DNA from: Octopus sinensis
Taxonomy: Eukaryota
Assembly: GCF_006345805.1 (NCBI RefSeq)
Contig: NC_043012.1
Location: 18,042,001 to 18,106,000, forward strand
Direction: 5' to 3'
DNA length: 64,000 nt
Shown here: positions 53,327-64,000 of the stretch, one piece after another
Position numbering within the stretch: the first letter of the stretch is position 1
How the letters are laid out: each line of letters opens with the position of its first letter
Position numbers and translations under genes: made by a program
Notes under the pieces: generated by a model
What the model was told of the DNA's origin: nothing
What the model saw: only the letters and a program-made list of their open reading frames with translations
Database searches by the model: none

Positions 53327-53658
53327 TTATTCCGAAAAAACTTTTCCTTTCCCGAAATGCAATTCGTAAAAGTCCGACATTTACAGGATGTAATATATGT
53401 AACTCACCCATGTGCTTCGTTGATGTTGATCAGTTAGCTGATCGGCTTAAGCGAGGCAGGGTCGTTTATGTATGATACATCCAGGCCTGCTGATGAATAC
53501 GTAAGTATGAAATCACTGTGATACAGGTCTATATTTTTTAAATGTCTTACTTTGAAAAATTGCATGCGGTGGGATTAGTAATATTTTTGGTAGAAATGAC
53601 TAAATGTCCCTCTTAGCGTGTGGCATGTATGTATAATGCCATCTGGCATGGATGTATA
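53041..53658 (+). mobile_element. Hammerhead-bearing non-coding repeat unit (475-nt period, about 1.3 copies), retrozyme or PLE pseudo-LTR-like
   Basis: 53041-53183 is repeated at 53516-53658 with 1 mismatch. The hammerhead spans the repeat boundary. The whole structure, including the inverted copy, is bounded by (TA)n. Confidence 0.7.
53483..53530 (+). ncRNA. Type I hammerhead ribozyme, apparently intact
   Basis: AGGCCUG-CUGAUGA-AUAC(GUAA)GUAU-GAAA-UCA(CUG)UGA-UA|CAGGUCU. The core is complete. Stem I has 7 bp (one G-U), stem II has 4 bp with a GNRA loop, and stem III has 4 bp. Cleavage is predicted after A53523 (AUA). Confidence 0.85.
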
Positions 53659-53671
53659 TATATATATATAT

Positions 53672-53805
<134 letters not shown>

Positions 53806-53854
53806 TATATATGCATATATGCATAATCATAAATATATACATACATATATGTTT

Positions 53855-54118
53855 TTTTCTGTAGTTTCAGCTCAGAGTTGCGGCCATGCCGATGCACCAC
53901 AGTTTTGCAACACTGTTATTGTTGCGAACCTCATTCAATATGTGGAACTTGGTGAGGAATGAAGTTTGATATAGCTACTCTCATGTGCACCTCTTGCCGT
54001 GAGGTAAGTTCATCTAGGACTCTCGAAAGGAAGAGGTCCAGCTTTGATTTAAAAACACGTACATCTACTTTGTGCAAGTTCCTCAGATTCTTTGGGAGAA
54101 TATTAAAAAGCTGTGGGC
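53855..54118 (-). mobile_element. CR1/L2-group LINE 3' end
   Basis: NILPKNLRNLHKVDVRVFKSKLDLFLSRVLDE (FK..LD.FL C-terminal motif) followed by a short 3' UTR ending gcatggccgcaactctgagctgaaac. Confidence 0.65.
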
Positions 54119-54119
54119 T

Positions 54120-54198
<79 letters not shown>

Positions 54199-54384
54199 AT
54201 GTGTGTGTGTGTGTGCGCGCGCGCGTGCGTGTGTGTGTATTATAAATAACGAAAGAAATATAGTATGATAGAATATATTTTACTATTCGAAATTCTTATT
54301 TAACGTCAATTAATTTGCAGCTTATAAACATGCATACATAATTTATTTTAGCATATCTTTTTATAAGCAATAAATTTCATACAT

Positions 54385-54432
<48 letters not shown>

Positions 54433-54938
54433 TATATATATATATGTATGTGTGTGTGTGTGTGTGTGTGTATACAGAGAGAGAGAGAGAGAGAATGAGA
54501 GAGATAGACAGAGAGGGGGAATCGTTAAATATATACATATACTACGCTGAGTCCTCTGTTTAAGGAAATTAATGGAAATTAATAACACAGTTTTTTTTTT
54601 TTTTAAATTGGGTTTCCTAAATTTTCCATTCCCTTCTTTAGAAAACCCTCTTGCTAATTCCTATTAATTTTATCCTTAATCTCTTACATATTTATTCTTT
54701 TAATAAAATTAACTCATCACGTTTTAAACATTATATTTAGGTATTATTTTTAACATGGAATTATTTTATCTTGATTAATATCTGTATTAATTGAAAGACT
54801 GTGTATATACACATACATATATATGTATATGTATATATCTATCTTTATATAAACATATCTGTATCTATATATCTATACATACATACATACATACATACAT
54901 ACACACACATACACACACACATACAGACACACACACAC

Positions 54939-54984
<46 letters not shown>

Positions 54985-55074
54985 TATCGTCACTAAATGT
55001 GATAAATGCAATAAATAAAAGCCAAAAACTATTAATCCTGTAAGAAGAGCCTAATCTATCATTTATGTATATGT

Positions 55075-55995
55075 ATTAGATTGTGAAGAAAGTTCTTGCA
55101 GTTTTTAACCTTTAAATTCACATGCACATATCTCGGCTCAAACAAAACTTTATTAATCGAAACAAACACCATCAGAATCAACACACTTTTGCCAACGCGA
55201 ATCCAGTTTATTTATGACAGTAGCATAAAAATCCTGCGTTCTAGTGGCGATGAAGTCGTTGAAGACGTGTTTGGCATCGTCTTGGTTTTCGAAGCATTTA
55301 TCACGCACAAATTTGTCGAGATGCTTCGATAAATGGTAGTTGGTAGGCGAGAGGTCTGGTCAGTATGGTGGATGAGGCAGAGCTTCCTAGCCCAATTCGT
55401 TCAACTTCTGCAGGGTCAGTTGTGTGACGTGCGGCCGAGCGTTGTCGTGGAGAAGGATTGATCCTTTTCTATTGACTAATGCTGGCTGTTGTTGTCAGAG
55501 TTTCTTATGCATATCACCCATTTGCTGACAGTACTTGGGCGTAATAGTTACGCCCGCATCCCAAAAGCTGTGATGGATGAGACCGGCCGCAGACCACGAA
55601 ACAGTCACCATAACCTTCTTTGGTGCAACTTTATCTTCGGGAAGATCCGTGGAGCTTCCTCGGCGTCCAACCACTGAGCAGAGCGTCGTCGGTTGCCGTA
55701 AAGAATCCACTTTTCAGCCCTAGTCACAATCCGGTCGAGAAACGGGTCGTTCTTGGTGCGTAAAAGAAGGGAAGAAGTCACTTCAAAATGGCATTTTTTA
55801 TTTTTGATTGTCATTCAATTCGTGCGGCCCCCATTTCTCAAGTACTTTTGTTTTTTCCAATCTCTTTCAAGTGGTTGAGAATTGTCGTATATGTTAGGTC
55901 TAATTCAGAAGCAAGCTCTCGAACAGTTGTGCGTGGATTGGATTCGACTACGGCTCTTAGTTGATCGTTGTCAACATCCGATGGCTTACCACTAC
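55075..55995 (-). mobile_element. Mariner transposase pseudogene (5'-truncated)
   Basis: GSGKPSDVDNDQLRAVVESNPRTTVRELA, FLDRIVTRAEKWILYGN, KKVMVTVSWSAAGLIHH, LLHDNARPH and LPHPPY*PDL motifs. A TIR-like tattagattgtgaagaaagttc lies at about 55075. Confidence 0.9.
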
Positions 55996-56063
55996 CTAAT
56001 ATATATTTATATATATATACACACACAAGCACACAATGACTTTTTCTAGAATAGCTATATATA

Positions 56064-56157
<94 letters not shown>

Positions 56158-57264
56158 TGAATTTCTCTAGATTAACTACACTGAAATAATTTCGCCTATT
56201 TCGTAGGGGCGATTATCTCCCCTGTCAGCGTATATGTGCATATATTTTTTACGCAGCATTAAAAGTTAACTTTTATTTCTATAGATAGAGATGCTTGAGC
56301 ACACTCACTCGCATTTAGTGGCGATAAGACATTCTTCATGGTTTTGTTTTACGCTTAGCTGTTTATATTAATTTTTAATATACCCATTAGCATTTCGCCA
56401 AATCAGCCATATACTGATTATACATACTGGCAGATGGATTTAGCCAAACTATCGACAGTTTGAGTAGTTACTTCTGATAATGCTTACGAGATTGGCGAAT
56501 CAAGTGTATTCTAATGATTATAGGTAGAGTCAGGAGACGTTTATCCCCCTGTTACTGTAGAGGTATTGTGCTCTTACAGCTTTATGATATTTCAAATCTT
56601 ATTTCTAGCAATATAGGTGCTTCGGTGACCTCAGTCATATTTTTATGTTATTATATTGCTCTTAGCTGTTTATCTTAATTTTTATACACACCTATATACG
56701 CGCGCACACACAGAGATATATGTGTGTGTGTGTACTGATATTTATATACCCATGCAATGCACATAGAAGTTTTATTTTGGGTTTACATGAACAAATATTT
56801 ACATCAACTAAATTTTACATGACTACGCAGACACACATACACACACACAAATACACACACAGACACAGACACACACACCACACACACAAACACACACACA
56901 TACATATATATATATTTATATATATATATAGATACATAGATACATGTATACATACATGCATATATATTCTGGATATGCGTGAAGAAAACGTATGTAAAAA
57001 TGTACGGAAATCTTGTGTGATGCAAAATATAGAACTATGAATTAAAAAACGTCAAAAAATTTCATATGAAAGTGTATGCATGATTATATATATGTAAATA
57101 TACATGTGTATGTGTGTGTGTGCGTGTGTGTGAGGATTCGTTTTTGTTCAAATAATTAATCCATCCAGTGAAGGATAAATGATACGCACACAAGCATAGA
57201 TACATACATATATACATACGTACACACATACAAACATACGCACATACATACATACGTATATACA

Positions 57265-57334
<70 letters not shown>

Positions 57335-57374
57335 TAAATAAATAAATATATATATATATTTGTGTATATATATA

Positions 57375-57421
<47 letters not shown>

Positions 57422-57873
57422 TCAAATAAAAATACATACACATATTGATATTTAAATATCTGTGAACCAAAAAAAATTAATTCTTCTTTTGAACCTCCGT
57501 TGCCTGATAAACATAACAAAAATAGTGAATCATATTACATCTACTATTTTTACAAATACAAAATGCTTTGGGGAAAAATAGTTAAAAAGAAAATGAATTG
57601 ACATGATTCTAAAATAAATCATTTTAAAGAAGAACACATAAAACCGTTCCCATTTACGTATATACATATACTCATACTTACAGACACACACCCCCACACA
57701 CGCAAACACCCCCACACACTTTATGTGTATATATATATATATATATATGTATATAGATATATACATATATAAATATATGTGTATATATATTTCTATATAT
57801 ATACATATATATATACTTATATATATATATATATCTATATATATATATATATATATCTATATATATATATATC

Positions 57874-57904
<31 letters not shown>

Positions 57905-57916
57905 TATATATTATAT

Positions 57917-57968
<52 letters not shown>

Positions 57969-60259
57969 ATATATAAGTATATAATATATATATACTTTTA
58001 TACATGTACACGTACACACACGCACACAAGTACAGCACACATGTGGAAATCAGGTAAAAGTCACGAACTCGCATACGCTCTCTAACCTTTAAGCACACAC
58101 GCACACACGTGCAAATCAACGACATGAAAAAATCTACGTTACATGTGCATCCCTAATTTTGTCTTTCTCATCACTTTCCACGTATATTTAATCGAACTTG
58201 CATAAATAATTTTCTTAAAATATATCACTTAAGAGGGAACCCTACTCACAAAATTATAATTCATAGTAAACTCTCCTATGGGATCTCAATAAATCTCCAT
58301 GTGATATTATAGGAACAGTATATGAAAGATTTTAACAGCAAGGTTAACCCTACGGTAAAGTGTATAAATTAGAGATTAGCGACGGAATATTAGTTACAAA
58401 GTATGCTTCCCTTGCGAATATCTGAGTTATACACCCCTCCCCTTTTTTTATTACTTCATTGACAGTTTTGTCAGTGTTAATCTATATTGATTTGACGGAA
58501 TGTCGGTCTGTTATTCGGTGATGCGCTGCCTATTTCTGAGGAAAGGCAAATTAACTGAAACTTAGCGATTCAACAGTACTATCCACCAGTGTTGATGAAA
58601 TAACGCCTGCCGATATAATCTATACTTTTTAGCCGATGCCAGAGGATTTCTCAGAACGAATACTACGATTTGCAGCTTCAGAACAGCACATCAATGTTAA
58701 GTGTCATGTGCTAATTAATACATGGGATATTTATAAAATATACAATCTGATTCATCTTTTTCTTTTGGATATAAATATAACATATATACATTCAGCAGTC
58801 ATTCAAAGGAAAACATGAGTTGTACAAATGAAATTTCGAGTGAATATACACACACACGTGCGCGCGCACGCGCACACAGAGACATGCACACACACAGTGT
58901 GATAATAATGAAAATCCAAGGATGGAATTTCGTAAATAATTTAATGCTTCGCTACGCACGTTTCCACAATGCCGACGTTCTTTGTTACTGTATTCTTCAT
59001 CGATGCGATAATTACAATATCGTTTGTAATATCCATGGATATTATGCCAAGTCGTCATTCATACCTCCATTTTATCAGGCGATATAGCAACATAGGCGGA
59101 AGTGACTTATTTTTAACTGAAAAATGTTTATTATTGTGCACAAATGAAATGCTTCAGTGAGGTACGAGGGTGGTCCCGTGCGTATTTGGACTAATATATC
59201 TTTTTACATAAACCCTTACGCAACTGTATACTTGTGAAGATGCGTATACGATTATATTTAAATATTTCTGCATTTCAGATGATTATCCAAGTAACCACTC
59301 TACGACTAAAGGCCCAAAGTGTAATCCATACAAATTTCAACATCAGCTATTAGCCAATCTTCGCATACAAGTAACGCATTTTAACCTTTCCCTGAACTTT
59401 CTTAACATGTATGCTTGAATCTTCTCAGTTAATTGACTCAGAAAAGAATAGCATCAATCTTTAAATCCCAACAGATAGTCTCACATATATCCGTAAAACA
59501 TACTCTTATCAAAGTAACGCACCTCTTCCCAATATAACTCCCAGATACTACACTAGTTTTTCAGATTCGTACTATATGGTGATATGGGGATCTCGCTAAG
59601 ATTATTATTGTTCCCAGATGTTTCGTCAATGGTTTACATCAGTTACTTTCTAAATACTCTCATCCTGCTATTATTCACACAGATTCCCTGTACTCCTCTA
59701 TGAAGCTACCTTGATCATTGTTTCACATTCTATTCATAACTACTTCTGATTATTGTTTCCTGTTTCGCTTTATCTTCTACTTACATATTTTCATATTTCT
59801 TCTTTCTTCATCGAAAATGACATGTGAATTCACATCTTGTGTAGATTAATGCTTTCTTCATTTTCTTTTATTTCGTGTATATTTATATATGCATTTGTAT
59901 AACTATACTTATAACATTAGTTCACCTGTCTCATTTCAGCTTTGTATGCATTCTGGTTTCTTCTGCCTGCTATAACATGTAATTACTTTCTACTGTATGA
60001 ATGCCTGTATTTACGTTTGTCGTGTTTACGTATGTTCTCCATATTCTACAATTATATTAGCATTGTATTGATGCACTCATTTGTAAAGTTTTACGTATAA
60101 ACATGAACATAAAGTATGTGCATCCTTTTTTTGTAAGTTTATGCTTATGTAAAGAATATGTACATATTTATCTTTATGATTGGGCGTATATAACTAATTA
60201 TATATATCGTTAGTTATCAGTTTCATCCTGTCCTTTTTCTCTCTCAGCTTATTTCTATG

Positions 60260-60300
60260 TTCCCTTCTGATGAAGAGCATAGGCTCGAAACGTAAAAGAC
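60260..60300 (+). ncRNA. Minimal PLE-type hammerhead-like motif
   Basis: CUGAUGA-A-GAGC(AUAG)GCUC-GAA-ACGU-A: full core, one extra nucleotide before stem II, palindromic ACGU stem III, weak stem I (cccuu/aaag). Confidence 0.6.
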
Positions 60301-60392
60301 TCATCTGGTGTGGTCATCTTTTAACACGCACTATATAATTGAGCTTCAGTTTAGCTTTATTATCATTGTTAGATTATATATAGATATATACA

Positions 60393-60462
<70 letters not shown>

Positions 60463-61806
60463 ATATATATAGCTAGCTAACTAGATAGATAGATAAATAC
60501 ATGTATATTTGTTATATATTTCCATGCATACTTATATACGGCTATCCCGTGTATGTGTACGCCTGCGCCGTCTGCTTTTTGTGTGCGCAAGAGCGTATAT
60601 GTGTGTGTGTGTGTACATACACATATCTTACAGACGTCAACTATTTGGGTCTTTTGACTTTTTCTTTTCCTCTACTTTTCCCTTCCCTGCCTTTAACGCT
60701 TTGAGTTTTTATTACATTATCTCGGCTAAATATATGTGTGTGCCGGCTTCTCCTCACTGGAACGAGGTAGCAGTTAATCTGATCTGAATCCTATGTAGCC
60801 ATACCATAAGTTGAAGTATGCAGCTAGCAAAATGTAACCATACTGCTCTCTGTCTTACGAAGGTAATCCGAGACTCGTCATAGCGCTCGTCAGAGGCTTT
60901 TACAAATTCCACTTTTTTGTTTAAATCTGAAAATACCTGTCTCTCTCTGTTGTTCAATGCGGTAGATGATATTCAACTGAAAGTTCACGCATACCTTATG
61001 AAATATAGTATCAGATAGCTACGAGACATTCATATGTTGCAAAATTCACACCCCGTGCCCCTTTTAAGACGTTTGTCGTACTTGGCTAATTCTTTCATTC
61101 TCTTTATTTAAACTATTATCGCAAAATAAGTAATACTTGTTATTTCGAACTGTATAGCATATATCGGAACTTTTCATCTAATCTACATAAGGCATGAATC
61201 GTATTTGTTGAATTCCTGTACAAACCTTTTTTGTTTAAGATAGAAACTAGCCAACTGCTGAGTTGGCATTATTATGATATATGAAATTTTTGATGTACGA
61301 TGTATTGTTTGGTGTGACAAATATAAGCGAAATGACGAAACCGCTGTGAATTTTTAAAATCAATTACAGGGGCTTAATAACCGAGACATTATTATTACTC
61401 TTAAATTATTCCTTTCATATTATCTCTATGTTCTCTTCCCTATTCCCCAATAAACTCTATTGTGTATGTCTCGTATTAGATCTCTCCTTTTATGTCCTTT
61501 TATTTTTTTGCAATCGTGCAATTTAGTTTACCCAACCTCTCTCTATCTCTCGTTATGGCCTCTCGAGCCATTACCACTGTTGGAACAATAATTCGATGTT
61601 TGAAGTAAAAACAAAATGTAAGACGATAATTATATAACATCTAATAGCGAGCGTACATTTTCTTTTGGGAATTAGCATACACGTGTAAAAGGTGGAAATC
61701 CATGTAATATGTCAGAATAAAGCCTAATCCCGTTGTGCACTGGTTTCATTGCTTCTGTCAGTTTATTTTATTCACAACGAGAGATGTGTCGGAGCGAATG
61801 TTAACA

Positions 61807-61840
<34 letters not shown>

Positions 61841-64000
61841 TTATCACCATTGCTTGTATGTGATCGTGAGCCAAACGTATATGTAAATAGCTGATGTTCG
61901 GTAACTCTGCTATTCTAGCGTAATCTGCCACGCAGCGTGTAATCACGTGCCTTTGTTCAGAAATGTGTGTAAAAGGAAGATGACACTGAATCCTTTGCTT
62001 CTTTGGAATTATTCCGAAAGCAACGAATATCAGATTCAATTAAAACATTTTCTATTTATAACTCTTTATTTTGCTATTTACACAGTGTACTTGAAATGTT
62101 CAGTGTGACAATCCTGCTGGGAGAACGGAATCCAGTTCTACATTACATTGTGTGCTACACTGAAATGATACTTTAGTTCTTAAGTTAAGATAACATGAAT
62201 CATTTTAAATTCTAATCCTTATTATGTTTGCCACCGATTACAGGATTTAGCTTTGACACATGCTTTAATCGCTCAAATCTTGGCAGTGTCAAATTTGCCA
62301 TTCACACATCTGCATTCAAGAAAATAAATGTCATTGATAAATTTCAATGCACATAGCCTGCCATCCTGTAACACCTTGACATATTTTTCTAATTAAAAGA
62401 ATGCGATTCACAGCGCAAGAGTTCTTGTCGCAACTGCTGTCATTTATATTACTTATTATTTTCTATTAAAATGTGCTAAAAATATTCGTTATTCTTTCAA
62501 CACCATTCCAGTTACACAGATAATAATCACCGATTCCACATGTTCTTTCTTTTCTTTCGTTTTCCTTTTTTCTTTTCTTGCTTCTATTTTCTTTTCTTTC
62601 CTCTCATTTCTTCACGTTTTTCTTTTTTGGGGACTTGAAAAAGAAGTAAAAAATCTGAATTATACAAGAAATATTAATTAAAAGAACAATTAATTATTGA
62701 ATCCGTAATATGCCAATTTCCATTTGTATCATTCGCGACGAATACATCTAAGTGCATCTAACTCTTCTGGAAAATGCTATTTGCATTATATGTCCAATGC
62801 TATTATGACCTCTGCCAGTGTCCAGTTGAACATCATTTCATCCAGGATTGATAAATTAATTACCCTTCCAATGTTAAACTCAATAAATATAGACACGACT
62901 CCTTTATACGTTATATGCAAAACCTTGAGATTGCAATAAACATCAGTGCTTGTAGTGAGTATTGAAATACTTCACCTGCCACTCTACAACGGAGAGAGCG
63001 GTGTTTCAAGTTTAGTTAGCAAAAGAAGATGAGCTTGTTTTCTTTCAGATTGGTGCTATAATGGTTTATGCCATCCATCGTTCATATCTATTTCAATTAA
63101 TACCTTAAGCCATTGTTAAAAAACGAATTTCTCCCTTATCTCTTCATTGAAATCCATATGTTTATTGAAATATATTCCCAGCAGATGTTCATGCCTTGCT
63201 TTTACCTTTTCTTTGTAACGTGTTTGATAAAAAAATAGTTATTTTCTAGAACCAATCGTCAAATATTGTTATTAAATCAAGTATTTGACATTGAAATCTT
63301 GAGAAAAGTCCGTATATATTCATGAAATTCTGTGGAATGCTGAAATATGTGCAATACTAAACTTTTTGTATCACCGGTGATATGAAAGCATTGTAATTTT
63401 AGAAGTCTGCGTTTACAGATTTTATCTTGTGTTTGAGAGATATACCACGGTTACATAGTTCTTCATGTGTAATAGCCACTATATCTTTCAATAACACAGG
63501 CACACACACCACACACACAATACATACGCAGACACACACACACACACACACACAAATATCCGCATACACTCGAATATACTGACTCATTCTCAGATATATT
63601 TGCACAGATAAAAACAGACCGACATACACACGCGCACGTAGACCTTTCTCTCTAGCCGATTCCTCTTCGCTGTCAACTTACTTCAATATGGAAGGCGAAT
63701 TTGAAGAATTGCTATACTTAGTTACGCCTTTTTTAATATCCTGATTCGAGTTCAACCTATATCAACTGTGCCTCTTTTCTTTCCCTGATCGAAAATAGAA
63801 CTAAAACACAGAAAAGGATGAGCTGTTCTTAATCAATTATACTGTCACCCCATCTGTGAACCTTTGTGTGTATTTTAGAAATCGATATGAAGGTGTGTAT
63901 CAGTACAGTCATTATAGGATATCTGAAACCGTTGACTAATACGAGTATGTCACTACGCAGATCAAACGTGAGAATGAATAACAGTCTGCGGGGTTCTGTA

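Noticed and set aside
53450-53506. Possible plus-strand exon ending at the GTAAGT donor at 53501
   Set aside because: The acceptor is weak, and the GTAA is better explained as the hammerhead stem II loop.
53867-54009. Strong donor GAG|GTAAGT at 54004 with an upstream acceptor
   Set aside because: All three frames contain stops, and the region is the antisense strand of a LINE 3' end.
60754-60957. 67-aa minus-strand ORF with protein-like composition
   Set aside because: No recognisable domain or splice context was found, and the length is within chance expectation.

Overview
This is an animal genomic window, not a prokaryotic one. It is very AT-rich and packed with (TA)n, (CA)n, (AAT)n and (GAA)n microsatellites and decayed transposable elements. 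The SINE families and microsatellite load suggest an octopod cephalopod (inference, not verified). No intact protein-coding gene is supported, and most ORFs in the supplied track are translations of microsatellites. Recognisable relics are four R4/Dong-like RLE non-LTR fragments, three Penelope-like (PLE) fragments (one with a Naiad/Chlamys-type RT), L1/Tx1, RTE and CR1-like pieces, mariner, Tc1 and MULE transposases, and several tRNA-derived SINE families. There is one weak candidate host exon at 42468-42605. The most interesting locus is 52783-53658. It holds an apparently intact type I hammerhead ribozyme (53483-53530) that closes a 475-nt non-coding repeat unit. The copy crosses the predicted cleavage site twice, is preceded by a 258-bp near-perfect inverted copy that turns at that site, and sits inside (TA)n. 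This looks like a retrozyme or PLE pseudo-LTR-like element copied from a circular or multimeric RNA. Other notable items are further hammerhead-like relics, a head-to-tail SINE multimer with a fixed junction, and a SINE flanked by a 120-164 bp duplication. All alignments and folds were done by eye and no database searches were run.
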